A stretch of 64,000 nt of DNA from Elsinoe ampelina (lineage: Eukaryota). Location: the NCBI GenBank assembly GCA_010093995.1, contig ML992503.1:1863328-1927327 (forward strand). Reading direction: 5' to 3'. Positions within the stretch are counted from its first letter, which is position 1; each line of letters begins with the position of its first letter. This document shows, piece after piece, positions 34,820 through 47,671 of this stretch. The notes below the pieces were generated by a model. It did not search any database and was not told the DNA's origin. It saw only the letters and a program-made list of their open reading frames with translations. The position numbers and the translations under genes are program-made.

Positions 34820-36886
34820 ATGTTGAGTATTTGTTGAACACCTCGTTACCATGACTGTGGCATTCATTGACCAGGTCACCGAGGATGATGTATAGATCGC
34901 AATCTGCAAAGCTTTTGATTCGTTCAGCCCGTGCATGACTATCTAGAATCATGCAGCGCGAACCATTGATTTGCGTGACATGCCACTCGAGCGCGAGTGG
35001 TATCGCCTTATTTGATTGACCTCGCTTGCTTCTAGAAAACTTGAAAGCTTCCATTTGGCTTGGTGCCATCATACGCCGCTATTTATCCATCAGCCATGGC
35101 GATGCAGCCGAGCTGACCACGGCGTTGATAATTGATATGTGGTTAGTCTCATGAGGGGCAACACGGCAGAGACAACCATCATCGTGCGGCTCCACCAAGG
35201 CCCACCAACTTTCGGCCCTTCCTGAGTCGCTCGTGTGTCCCTGGCAGATGGGCTCCGCATGATCCGGACCGTCCGGAAAGCAAGGGAGTTAGATGGATCT
35301 GCGGGACATTAATCTTAGGAAACAGCAGTCCCTTGAAAGCTACAAAAATGAAAGGAGTCGGCCCGTTGTTTCATGCCTACCAAGATCCAACTCGACGGTC
35401 GTCAGCAGCTGCCTATTCGAACATTATGGAGCAGAAGGCCACAGTATTCATTCGATTATCGCACCGACCAAGCCGGACGACGGTATCTCCTCCACGTCTC
35501 GCCTGGGAAATGGCGGGAGTATGGAGGCACTCCCACTGAGCACAGTCCTCAACACGATACTGGCAATGTAACTCTCCCCGCTCTGATCAAGCATGGCCGA
35601 AAAGAAAAGCCACCAGTTGATCCTGACTGCGGGCGAACCGTGGAGTCCCCAAAGCCCATCGCAAGTTCGGCTAGCGGGAGCAGCGCCTTGGTTGCAAAGT
35701 CAAAAGTCAAGCCTGGGGCTTGCCAGAGTCGTACAGGCACGGTCAGATGCCAGACCGACAGGACTACTGAGAGCTCAAAGCGAGGATTGGTTATACCGCT
35801 GCGGGGTGTTGGTGGCCGAGCGAGACATCATTGTGATCAGCTGTTTGTTCCATCTGTACTACCTCACGAGACCGGCACTGGGACAATCGATATTCACAAG
35901 CGGCTTGGAAGACGAAAGCCAAGTATGTGCCCTGGCTTGAAGCGAAGAAGCAATTGCGGTTGCTTTTCGGGCTCATCTGCGCTTGTACATGGTACCTGAA
36001 TGGCCACGACTCATGGTCGCCATACAGTAGACCTACTGCCTCTATACGCTGTCTTGAGATCTATCCCGAGCAGATATCGCACTTACGACGGACCTGACTG
36101 GAGGACCCAGGTCTACAAATCTGATCTCACGTGTGCTTGCCGAATCGAAATGGCGCGTTTGGCCGAATTGTACGACAATCACAACATATCACACTGCCCT
36201 GCAGAGCGTGTCGTCATCTGGTCCGGGGCGAGCTCCCTTCCTGCAGGAGTGCTAACCCTGTTTAGAGGTAGTACCTGTCGCCCGCCCTTCAAGACTTCAT
36301 CCTAACAGAAGAGGATACTCAGGGCTCTCCCCACCACAAATTTGCATCGCCGACACGAGACGCCGTATTATTGGCTCTGCCATGATCGATTCTGTCCCGC
36401 TACCTGCTACCGCAATATATCCCCCGCTGCTCTGTGCCCCGCTAATCACCTTCTAGCTCTTCTAGTGTGGGCCCTAATCCAACTTAGCCTGCATGTCTAC
36501 CATCGACCACGCGGGGTCATCAGCAAAATGTTTTCGCGACCCCATCGAGCTATTCAAGTCCCAGACGCCGTCTGCGCACTGACGAGGTCATTCGTCACCA
36601 TCGATGCATTTGAGTTGGCTCGAAATCCTCGGAAGGTCGACGTGAAGTGTCGATGGCTCCCAAGTAGCCTCTTGGATTGGACCTTGAGCTACCGTCCAGT
36701 TTGAACGTGACGATCGTGCCCTGCCAGATCCACCACAGGGCCAGAAACTTGATATATTGCTGTGGCCCTGACAAAATTTTAGATCCCTCATCCTGACTTC
36801 TCTCGAGGTACAGTAGACCGTGAGCCTGTCAGTTCTTCGGGCGAAGTCCAGTCTCTCTCTTCTTCCCTCGTTCCAGTATACCCATC

Positions 36887-39696
36887 ATGGGTCTCCTGTC
36901 AACGCTGCTGTTCGCAGCTCCTCTGGCATTAGCCCAGCAGGTTCAGCCTCCAGGAACACCAGTCAGTAGCTCGACCTTACTGCCACTTGCTCACTAACCA
37001 GACATTGTAGTTCCCCGAGTCTACCTATCGCAATGCCACGGATCCTCGTGCTCTACCAGGAGCTCAATCTGGTCAGACATCGCCGCCCTTCTACCCATCT
37101 CCATGGGGTGAAGGTCTAGGCAACTGGTCGGCGGCATACGAGAGAGCCAGGGAGTTTGTCTCTCAGCTCACCCTCCTCGAGAAGGTCAACCTGACCACCG
37201 GTGTCGGCTGGACCAGTGACAGGTGCGTCGGTAACGCCGGGCACATCCCTCGTCTCAACTTTCCCGGTCTTTGCCTCCAGGATTCGCCTTTGGGTGTCCG
37301 TTTCGGTATGAATACTGTAGACCTCCCCAGGATCAAGAGACTGACATGCATCTCCAGCTGATTTCGCCACTGCCCAGCCAGCCGGTGTCAACGCTGCTGC
37401 AACCTGGGATCGTCGTCTCATTCGCCAACGCGGCATCAACATGGGAGCTGAACACCGTGACAAGGGTGTTGACATCCAGCTTGGTCCAGTAGTCGGAGGT
37501 CTCGGTCGTGTTCCTGCTGGTGGACGCAACTGGGAAGGTGAGCAAGATCATGTGCAAAAAGAGGATTCGCATAATTGACACTCCCAAGGATTCTCCCCCG
37601 ATCCAGTCCTCTCCGCAATCGCCGTCCGCGAAACTGTCGAGGGTATCCAGTCCTCCAACGTGATTGCTTGCACAAAGCACTATATCATGAATGAGCAAGA
37701 GCACTTCCGTACCCCTAGTCTTGGTATTGAGGCTATCAGCTCCAACTTGGACGATGCTACCATGCATGAGCTGTACCTGTGGCCTTTCGCCGAGGCCGTT
37801 CGTGCTGGTACTGGCGCCATCATGTGCTCCTACCAACAAATCAACAACTCTTACGGCTGCCAGAACTCTGACACCCTGAACAGGCTCCTCAAGGCCGAGC
37901 TTGGCTTCCAGGGCATTATTCTGTCAGATTGGAGTGCCCAACACTCTGGCGTGAGCAGTGCGCTTGCAGGTCTCGATCTTACCATGCCTGGTGACCAGGG
38001 CTTCAACAGCGGTAACTCCTACTGGGGTTCTAACTTGACCATTGCTGTTCTGAACGGTACTGTTCCTCAGTGGCGTCTCGATGACATGGCTGTTCGTATC
38101 ATGGCATCATACTACTTCGTCGGCCGTGATACCGCTCGCGTCGATCCCAACTTCTCCTCTTGGACTGATTCCACCGAGGGTAACCGCTACTACTTCTCCA
38201 ACACCGGGTTCCAGGTAATCAATGAGCACGTTGATGTTCAGGACGACCACAAGACCAACGCTCGTGAGGTCGCCGCCAAAGGTACTGTCCTCTTAAAGAA
38301 CACTGGCGCCCTGCCTCTCAACGCCGAGAACATCAAGCTCACGGGTATCTTCGGCGAAGACGCAGGTCCCAACCCAGATGGTCCAAACGGCTGCAATGAC
38401 CGCGGCTGCAACCAGGGTACTCTCGCCATGGCTTGGGGATCCGGTACCGCAGACTTACCCTACCTTGTCACCCCACAGCAGGCCATTGAGCGGGAAGCTC
38501 TCGATGCTGGCCGCAACGTCGAGACCATCTTGGACAACTTTGGTGCTGCTTCCCAGACAGCCAACCTCGCCTCCCGTGTCAACGATGTCGGTGGTGTCTG
38601 CTTGGCCTTTGTTAACTCCAACGCTGGTGAAGGTTACATCACTGTTGACAACAACGAGGGTGACAGGAACAATCTGACCCTTTGGGGTAACGGTGAGACA
38701 GTCGTCCTCGGCGTCGCCTCCCAGTGCAACAACACCGTCGTCGTCATCCACAGCGTCGGCTCGGTCCTCGTCACCGACTGGTACCAAAACCCCAACATCA
38801 CCGCCATCCTCTGGGCCGGCATCCCCGGCCAAGAATCCGGCAACGCCATCGCCGACGTGCTCTACGGCCGCGTCAACCCCTCGGGCAAGCTCCCCTTCAC
38901 CATGGGCTCCTACCGCGGCGAATACGGCGCGGACGTAATCTACGTCCCCAACGCCGGCGCCGGCGCCCCACAAGACAACTTCCAAGAAGGCGTCTTCATC
39001 GACTACCGCGCCTTCGACAAGCTCAACGTGACGCCCATCTACGAATTCGGCTACGGCCTCTCGTACACCACGTTCGAGTACTCCAACCTCGTCGTGACAC
39101 CCCGATCCGCCAGCCCCTACGTCCCCGCCTCGGGCTCCACCCCTGCCGCCTCCACCTACGGCACCATCGACAACAACAACACGGCCGCGTACGTCTTCCC
39201 CGAAGGCTTCGTCCAACTCGACCGCTACATCTACCCGTACCTCAACGCCAGCACCCTCCGCGAAGCCTCCCAAGACCCCTTGTACGGGCAGAACTACTCC
39301 TTCCCGGCGGGCGGGTACGACAGCTCCCCACAACCGCGTCTCCCCGCTTCCGGTGCGCCCGGCGGCAACCCCGGCCTGTACGAAGTCCTGTACACCGTGA
39401 CGGCAGACGTGCGCAACACGGGCAACGTGGCAGGGGAAGAAGTCGCGCAGTTGTACGTCAGTCTGGGCGGGTTCAATCCCAAGGTTGTACTGAGGGATTT
39501 CGGCAAGCAGGAGATTGCGCCGGGGGAGACGAAGACGTTCGAGTTTGCCATCACCAGGAAGGATCTGAGTAATTGGGACGTGGTGCAGCAGGATTGGGTC
39601 ATTTATGATTTCCCAAAGACGGTGTATGTCGGGGCGTCGAGTAGGAAGTTGAGGTTGGAGGCGCCGTTGACGGGGGCGAGTGGGTCGGGGAATTAG
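36887..39696 (+). CDS. Secreted GH3 beta-glucosidase
   Basis: Signal peptide; [23 protein letters not shown] nucleophile, C-terminal FnIII-like region. Introns 36962-37010, 37306-37357, 37538-37588. Confidence 0.95.
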
Positions 39697-39910
39697 ACCG
39701 CGGGAGGGTATGGGCACTAGGGTAGGGTGGGGATGACAGTGCGATGGGTGAGCAAAGGGGAGAAAGTAGTCGAGTCTAGTTCGAGTATATATTCTTGCCT
39801 ACATGCGAATTCCCTCGTACCACTTCTATTCTTCGCCATCCCTTTCAGTCACAATTCAATGCATCCCGTCCCGCCTCTCACCACACCTTTCCCCCCTCCC
39901 CCTCACTAAT

Positions 39911-41008
39911 TCAACCCCTCCCCCCTCCCTCCAAAAACCCCTTCAAATCCACCTCCCCACTCCCCCTCGGCAACGGACTACTCTGCCCCTCCCCCTCCTT
40001 CCACCCAATCATATAAATCGTCCTAAAAGTAGCCGGCAGCCCCCCATCCTCATCCCCGTACAACTCCCTATAAACCCCCTCGGCCGCCATCAACACATCC
40101 CTCCCCACGGGCCCCTTCTCCATGCGCAAACTCGCGTTCCCCTCCCCCATGGCGTTGAGGTCGCGCAACAACGCCACGAGATCGGGGTAGGAAACCACGA
40201 TATCGTCCACGTCGACGGTGAGGAGCTTGAAGCCCGCGCGAGAGAGCAGGTTGCCGACGTCCCTCACGTCCGCCAGGGGGGAGACGTGGGATTTGATGCC
40301 CCCGAGACGTTCTTGGGTCGCGAGCTGGAGGGAGCCGCGGAGTTCGTAGAGGGTGTCGCCGCCGGGCATGGCGCCGAGGAAGGCGCAGTCGGGTTTGAGG
40401 AGGTGGTTGATTTGGGTCAGGACCGAGGGGAGGTCGTTGATCCAGTGGAGGGAGAGGGAGGAGAGGATCAGGTCGAAGGAGGAGGGGGCGAAGGGGAGGG
40501 TTTCTGGGTGGGAGAGGTGGTGGCGTTCGAGGCGCATACCGGAGGCTGAGGAGGGGGTGTTGAAGGGGTGGAGCGCGGGGTCGGAGTCTCGGTAGAGCAA
40601 CTCGTGGGAGTGTTCTGCGCTGACTAGGGTGGAGATTTTGCTGGCGAGAGGGGCGGTGACGGGTTTGGCGCTGTCTGGATCCGGGTCGGGTTGGGTTAGA
40701 ATGCGGGCGATGTTGCATGCGTTGGCGCCGTAGTCGAGGACGCGGTCGTAGTTGCGGTTGATGTCGAGGAGGCGGGTCACGAGGCGGGTGGCGATTTCGT
40801 CGCGGAGGTAGTCGACTTGGCGGGAGAGAGGAGCGTTGAGAGCTGCTCGTGAACGTTGGATGGTCTTTTGTTCGGTGTTGAAGACTGACGCGGCGGGTTG
40901 GCCGGGTGCCTGGACGGCGTATGAACGAGCATGATGGGTGGTGGGAAGACGTACGCAGGAGGTACAGAGGCGAGGCAGGAGAGGTGATGGTCGTACGAAG
41001 GACTGCAT
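39911..41008 (-). CDS. NDUFAF5: Complex I assembly factor NDUFAF5-like SAM-dependent methyltransferase-fold protein
   Basis: Mitochondrial presequence; DYLRDEIA, SSLSLHWINDLP, GGDTLYELR, LPATF..IYMIGWK. Confidence 0.92.
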   Translation of the reverse strand: MQSFVRPSPLLPRLCTSCVRLPTTHHARSYAVQAPGQPAASVFNTEQKTIQRSRAALNAPLSRQVDYLRDEIATRLVTRLLDINRNYDRVLDYGANACNIARILTQPDPDPDSAKPVTAPLASKISTLVSAEHSHELLYRDSDPALHPFNTPSSASGMRLERHHLSHPETLPFAPSSFDLILSSLSLHWINDLPSVLTQINHLLKPDCAFLGAMPGGDTLYELRGSLQLATQERLGGIKSHVSPLADVRDVGNLLSRAGFKLLTVDVDDIVVSYPDLVALLRDLNAMGEGNASLRMEKGPVGRDVLMAAEGVYRELYGDEDGGLPATFRTIYMIGWKEGEGQSSPLPRGSGEVDLKGFLEGGGRG

Positions 41009-41579
41009 ACTGCCCGGCAGAGTCTGAAATATATCTTATAACCGTAAGATCATGATAGAAGAAATGAAGCTAATTACAAGGCGTGGTGAAGAGTGTTGTA
41101 TAGTTTTGACTTGGAAAGTCGAGTTTTGTTGTGGCCAAAAAGTGAAAGCTTCAAAATGACGTTGACATCTAGCCGCGATGGACGGGAAACAGCTTGAGGG
41201 CACACAGCACAAGGGCATTGATCAAGATGACTATCAAAACACGCACATGCGGACCTCATGAACACTGAGTTGTACTAGTCGATGTCCGAATTTGATAACT
41301 GGAAAGAGTGACAGTGTCTGAGATGGACCATAACAGAGGCACAATGTTGAAGTTGTGCTCTAATGCGGACTTGCTAAAATCATGGCTATTCTGTTGCAGG
41401 TGCCATTCGATAAACCATGCTCGCCTGCTTCTTGAGATTCCTGAAATGAGTGACACTACCGAGATTTAATGGCCTCTCCACCTTTCGCTTTGTCTGCTTT
41501 TCGAGGCCGGTTTAGGTATGCTACGGCATACAGATTGACGCCACAGACTATACTGGCTAAGCTCATGTTGTCCGGGACA

Positions 41580-43195
41580 TTAGTGGAGAATATCCATGCG
41601 ACCGTCCTTGTAATACTTGATAGCAGGGGTCTGCACGGAACAATCAGTTGTTTTATCGTCTGAAGCGTATCATGTTTACTTACCAGGTCGATGTTATGAG
41701 TAGACTCAAACGCACAATTGTCACCATAACAAGCGTCTCCAAAGGGGCAGACGTGGCCACAGGTGCAGTCGTAATCTTCGCATGCGAGACCATCATTGCA
41801 GGCTCTCGTGCGAGCACGGAAGCGGAGGGCGGACAGCTCAGCACCGACAAGCTTCTCTCCATGGATGAATCCGCACTTTCCAGGACACTTTCCGGCCAAA
41901 TGATAATTGTTGCAGACCTTTCCGTGCTCCTTGACACGGCGAAAGAGCTTATCTTGAGATGCTTTGTCAGGTTGGGGAATCGGAGCATCAAGGCGTTCAT
42001 TTGCCTTGTTGCAGAGTATATATTTGGTTGGCGGTGGTTTTTTTCCAGCCACTTGGAATTCCTTCTGACTACTGTCGACGGGCTTACTGACACGGGCCCA
42101 CGAAGCTGTACTGCCATTCTCTGTTGGCGCTGGACTGGGAGAAGTGATGGAGACTCCGCTCACGCTTGGCGTTGTTGTCAAAGGAGGGCTGATGATGGAG
42201 TCGGCTTTGTCGTGTGTGGCAGTACGCACCGGGAGAGAGACACCACTCTCAAGACTTGCCTTACGATTGATGCCTCCGTTTGGCAAAGAACCATTTGGAG
42301 CAGCAATTGGCTTGCTAGCAAGATGTTCTTGTCTGAACACATTATTGACCCTGATCGGGCGGAAGAGCATGCTTTTGAAAGCAGGCTGAGCCGGAAGTGT
42401 TGCAAGAAAGCTGATACGAACATGCTGCATAGGGTCATGGACGTAGGGGTCCAGCATAGGTAGGTAGCCATTGTCGTGGCAGATGCCTCCGAGAACAATG
42501 TGCTTGCACTGTACATTGTTGACAAACAGTCTAAACCATTCCCTGAGTTTATAGTCGGCACGTTCCTTGCCAAAGCCCACATCGACAAATTGGAAGAGCT
42601 GGCGACCAAAGGATTGGGCAAAGACGGACATGTCAGCGCCATAGTTGAGGAGACCACAGGCACGTAGCTTTTTAGTCAAGCCATCCATGTTGACAAACAC
42701 GTTGACGATAATATCCCAGTGTGCAGTGTTTTCGTTGGGGTGCATGGCGGCGATCTGCTTGCGGAGTTCTTGGTCGAGAAGATATGCGGCCTGCTTGCCA
42801 CCATCTTCTCCTTTAGTGTACAACTCATCAAGGAACTGTGGTCAAAGTCAGTAGGGCTCTTCAGCCAATCTTGGGACGCGACTGACCGGTGCACCATCCC
42901 CGTCAATCAAAGCTAGCACAAATGGAGCTGTGCCCTGAGCATGGGAAGTCCTATTGAACTGCTCCTGAGCGTGTTGAGCTTGCCTCTGCCATTCTCTTCT
43001 AGACTGCTGCTCGTTGGCGAGATCGCTAGTGGTTTCTTGCAATTTAGAATCGAGATTTTGATAGGCCTTGATAAGCTCTTCCATGAGCTGATCACGTTCA
43101 CGGTCGGATCTTCTAAAGGCTTCAAGTCGATGGCCAAAATCGAATGAGCCAGGCGGACCGCTCGCGTAGGACGCGGCGGGCGATTGAGCCATCAT
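41580..43195 (-). CDS. CCCH zinc-finger protein with coiled coil and NYN-like (IDGDG) domain
   Basis: Motifs FVLALIDGDG, GKERADYKLRE, CHDNGY, C-terminal CCCH. Introns 42836-42886 and 41631-41682. Confidence 0.85.
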
Positions 43196-43735
43196 CGTGA
43201 GGGAAATTGTTAAATTATCCAAAGAGTCGTGTGCCGGTCGCAATGTGAAGCTGACAGCTGAAAGAGGGACTGGAGAAGCTCAATCAGCCCTAAATTGCCG
43301 TAATGGCAATCAGATGAAGAGGGACCCGTCAACTTTTCTGGAAATTGTACGTTGAGGCCAGGTGCTCAGTGCGTATTGTCGTCAGGCAGACGGAGTGAAA
43401 TGTGGATGGTCTGTCAAAGGGCGAAATTCATCGTTTTGGACGTGGAATTCGAGAAAGACGTCGAATCTCGCGTTTGTGGCGCGTTAAATGCTTGGATTTG
43501 ATTGGTTGCCTTTAAAGAGCTCCCTGGACGTGATCAAAGCCAATTCCCGAGGCCTTTCGCCGCCTTTGACCACAGAATGCACAACAAAAACGGAGCTTCA
43601 TCGTTCTGCCCCGCTTCTGACCATTGTCGACGTATTACGGAGTAAGGTAATGTTAGCACTAGCTGTACGTCCATGCGAACATCGCTCGTGAGCCTTTCTT
43701 TGCCCCTGTCCACCAACTTCGATCCATAAACAGCC

Positions 43736-44584
43736 ATGTCCGAACCAGAAGCAAAAAGACAAAAGACGGCGCCAGAGTACGAGCTACTCTATCATCCTGG
43801 CATTCCAGGCCGTGGCGAGTACATCCGTCTGGCGTTGGAGGCGGCAGGTATCCCGTACAGCGACATTGCAAACGAGGACAAATCCAATTATAAAGTGGTC
43901 CAAGCCATCTGCATCTCAGACAGTACTGGTGACGAAGATGGCAACCCTCCACCGTTTGCGCCTCCTGCCCTGAAGATCCCAGGTGCTGGCAAGGATGGTA
44001 AAGCTCTGATCATATCACAAACGCCAAACATCCTGCTGTATCTGGGCCGCAAACTTGGTCTTGCAGGGACCGCGGACCATGAACAGTACTATGTGAATCA
44101 ACTGACACTCACCGCCCTGGATCTGTCAAACGAGACACACGATGTGCATCATCCAATCGCTGTCTCAAAATACTACGAAGGTGGAGTTCCCGCTGCAGGT
44201 TTCAGACAACACGACTGACCATTACCAGATCAGAAACAAGCTGCACTCACCCGTGCTGCCGACTTCCGCAACAACAGATTGCCAAAGTTCTTCTCTCATT
44301 TCGAGAAGACCCTGAAGTGGAATCAAGCTGAAGGCAATGGCAAATACTTGGTGGGAAGCAAGCTCTCATACGCAGATACGACACTCTGGCAAGTCTTGGA
44401 TGGTTTGATGTTTGCCTTTCCAAAGGAAGTGAAAGCACGGAGCAAGGATTACCCCTTGCTGTTTGACACTTTCTACCCTGGTCTCAAATCGGAGAAGTGG
44501 CTGCAGGAATACTTGGACAGTGAGCGGCGACTTGCATACTCCAACGGCATCTTCAGGGACTATCCAGAGCTTGACAGGCGGTAA
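43736..44584 (+). CDS. Glutathione S-transferase
   Basis: Motifs PGRGEYIRL, FAPPAL, SQTPNIL, LSYAD. Intron 44181-44228. Confidence 0.92.
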
Positions 44585-44702
44585 AGGTCTTTGCATACAT
44601 AGCCAGCAATCATATGAAATGAATAAGAATGTACATGTCACCCTTGTGGTACTGTCCACTCTCCACTCCTCATCCTGCCATACTCAGCCACTCGTCAACA
44701 AG

Positions 44703-46166
44703 ATGCCTCCGCCAGTGCCCATCAATTTTCAAGTTGAAGATGAGCTCAACGTGCCTCCCGTTCAGTCCAATCGCGAACGATTTTTGAGTCAACCAAATAT
44801 CAGTCAGCCTAGAGTCGCCAAAACACCAGCATCTGAGGATCCCTTGAATATGCCCGATATGCGATCGCCAGCCATTGTGAACGGCTCGCAGCAGGCGACT
44901 GAATCCAGCAAAGCAGTGGTTGACCAGGACCACCAAGACCATGATGATCAGGGCCCTCAACATCATCAGATCTCTGATGCAATCCCGAGATACAATAAAC
45001 CAGCTCGTAGAGGTAAAGGCAAAGGCGGTTTCGGCAGACGACTTTCCAAGAAGCACCACGAAGGTGGACCAAGTCAGAACCTACCATATCAAAATCAGCC
45101 TCAGTACATTCCATATCACCCTGGCGTTACCTTCAACTATAACCTTCACAACTCCAGGGAACAACCAAATGTCGATCCAGCCAGATCTAATCATGTCGTG
45201 TACAGAAACGACCACGATGCCATGCCAGAGCATTCCAGTGTCGCCGACCCCGACTACTACCATCGAGATGGATTCCGCCCCGCCACCGCCGGACCACACT
45301 TTGGCCCGATGGACTTCAACCCAGGAGCTCTGTCACATGCCACGCACACAATGCAGAATCAGTCAGAAAATTTCAACCCACCTCGTCCTTCTTCCTCCTC
45401 CGCTCCACCTCCTTCTCATCTCATCAACTCTCATACCAACAACAACCCTCACTCGCCACCAAAGAAGATCGCAGAAATGCCAAAGCAACCCATCGACCCC
45501 TTGGCCATGCCGCCTCCCAAGCTAGGTAATTATTTCCCAGGTGTCCCCATTGCCCATGTGTTTGCGCCGAATAAGCCCATCCGCCCTGTCGACCTGCTTC
45601 ATTCTCACGTGGAGGGACTCAACCGTGAGCTGGATCGCATCATGGCCGCCGTCAACGAACCCAGCCAGTACCCGGACCCTCAGATCACTGCCTGGAAGGA
45701 GGATGTTCTCAACCGCCTGGCCGCCGAAATTATCCCTGGTCTCACCGTCACCACCACCCGCGTCGCCAATGCCATCCGCGACGGCATGTACGCCAACTCT
45801 GGCGGCATCCGCATCCAGACTGGTGGTTATGGCTTCACTGCGCCGAGTCAGATGGCCGCCACTAGTGCTCACTACGGGCCTGCTCATGGTCACGCCGAAA
45901 TGCCGGCCTCCCAGGGCGGTCATCACCTCAATGAAGAAGATGAGGATGACTACCACACCGCCTTCCCCGGCCATGCAGGCCAGCACGACGAAGCTCAGCA
46001 CGACCATAACTCGCACGCCGCCCACGAACAGAGTGATTACGGTCAGAGAGTCCCCATCGGACCTCGTACCGACAGGAGCTACCTTCACGGCCGCACTCAA
46101 GGTCAGCCATCCGGTTACAACCACGGCGTCACTCAGGGCCAGCCGACCGGTCACCTTCACCGCTGA
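44703..46166 (+). CDS. Hypothetical low-complexity (Pro/His/Gln/Asn-rich) protein
   Basis: Long ORF with coding-like C-ending codon bias. No family recognised. Confidence 0.6.
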   Translation: MPPPVPINFQVEDELNVPPVQSNRERFLSQPNISQPRVAKTPASEDPLNMPDMRSPAIVNGSQQATESSKAVVDQDHQDHDDQGPQHHQISDAIPRYNKPARRGKGKGGFGRRLSKKHHEGGPSQNLPYQNQPQYIPYHPGVTFNYNLHNSREQPNVDPARSNHVVYRNDHDAMPEHSSVADPDYYHRDGFRPATAGPHFGPMDFNPGALSHATHTMQNQSENFNPPRPSSSSAPPPSHLINSHTNNNPHSPPKKIAEMPKQPIDPLAMPPPKLGNYFPGVPIAHVFAPNKPIRPVDLLHSHVEGLNRELDRIMAAVNEPSQYPDPQITAWKEDVLNRLAAEIIPGLTVTTTRVANAIRDGMYANSGGIRIQTGGYGFTAPSQMAATSAHYGPAHGHAEMPASQGGHHLNEEDEDDYHTAFPGHAGQHDEAQHDHNSHAAHEQSDYGQRVPIGPRTDRSYLHGRTQGQPSGYNHGVTQGQPTGHLHR

Positions 46167-46480
46167 AATGGCGATCAAGGCAGAGACCAGAAGAAGTGAG
46201 TTTGCACCATTCATGTGAAGTGAAATTGAGCTGACCCGACACAAGCAAAGGTGCAAAGCACGGTGTGAGGGAGGAACAGGATAGGGCGCATAGCGAGGTG
46301 CATGGCGCTGGATGGTGGATTCAAAATGGGTTTCTCGGGCAAGATGCCTTCTTCCTCTCACATCAGAGATTGGCAAGGAAATAGCAGAGGTCAAATACCT
46401 CACCGGCTCAAGCAGCGGTCAATCAATCCGATCGCTAGCATCAGAGTCATAATAAAATCGTGCCTCCACTTCCGTCCATC

Positions 46481-47281
46481 CTATTGCACCTTCTTGACGT
46501 CGCCCGCCGCAAATTCCAACCCTTGCAGAATCTCTGCGCCAAACACATATGTCAAGTAAATCGGTATCACGATCCAAGGCGCACTATTCACCAGTCAGCA
46601 CCTTCCCTCCTTCCTGATATATCATACTCACTTGGGCAACACCCACAACGTCACCAACGTCCACGCATCATTATGCCCAATATTATCAAACCCACTATAC
46701 GCCTCATTCAACCAATACAAGACCGTCTTACTCCACGTCATGACCGTGACGGCAAACCCCAACAAACACGCCACCCCCGCCCAATAACCCGTGACCCTCA
46801 TCGCCCTCCCCAACCCCCCAACCTTATCCGTCCCCGGCGCCCCCCTGCCCTCGACCTCACTCTGCCTCCCCTTCGTGTACACGATCCACAGATACACCAA
46901 ATACCCAACCGTCTCGACGATGTTCAACGTGCCCTGCGCCGCCGTGAAGCCATTGTTTTCGTTCCACGCTTTGAAGCCGTAGACTTGGTCCACGCGCCCG
47001 TACAGCTCGTAGGGCTGCCATGGCCAGTGGTATTTCCCGCCGGGCATCGAGTGGGGGCGCAGCATCACGTAGCCGCAATCCCAGATCACGAGGGGGAGGG
47101 AGATGCCCAGCCAGATGAGGGTGAGGTTGGACGGGGTGTGTGACCAGACGGAGTTGGTGGAGGTGGGTTTGCGGCGCGTCACGGTGGTGGAGGCTGAGGG
47201 GGTGGGGGTGACGCTGCGTTGTTTTGAGGGCGAGGAGGTGGGGGAGGGGAAGTTGGAGGGGTGCGAGCGGGTGGAGACCAT
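46481..47281 (-). CDS. Integral membrane protein, EXPERA/emopamil-binding-like
   Basis: Motifs VIWDCGYVMLRPHSM, YGRVDQVYG, KTVLYW, LWVLPNAPWIV. Intron 46584-46631. Confidence 0.8.
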
Positions 47282-47671
47282 GGTGTCGGCTGTTGGTGGT
47301 GAGAGTGATGGGTGGTGGGTGGTGTGTGGACGAAAGAAGGAGGGAAAGCTGGGGTGGTGGTGGTTTATGGAGTCGCCGGTGGTGCGTTAGGGCCGGGTTC
47401 AGGGCATTTTGTCGCGCGTCACGACGTTCGGGAAGAAGAGGTCCCGTCTGCTTTGGTTTCCATTGATCTCCAATTCCTCATTCGAGACCCCACCAGCCAC
47501 CTGTATCGAGCATTTTGACGACTCAATTGAACGTTAAGCAAAAGTATGCAACACCTTAATTGAAGAGAGCACATTCCGATGAGGTGATCGACCCTCACAT
47601 GATGAGAGGTTGATTCTGCGCATACAGGTCGTTCTCGCGGTGGACAATCTCCGATGTCCAATCAGTGAACA

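Noticed and set aside
35293..36704. ORFs of 90-208 aa between bio2 and the GH3 gene
   Set aside because: No codon bias or recognisable domain; treated as intergenic.
33504..41008. Biotin cluster (bio2 plus a BioC-like methyltransferase)
   Set aside because: The methyltransferase-fold gene has NDUFAF5 motifs and a mitochondrial presequence, and no bioA/D or bioF gene is present.
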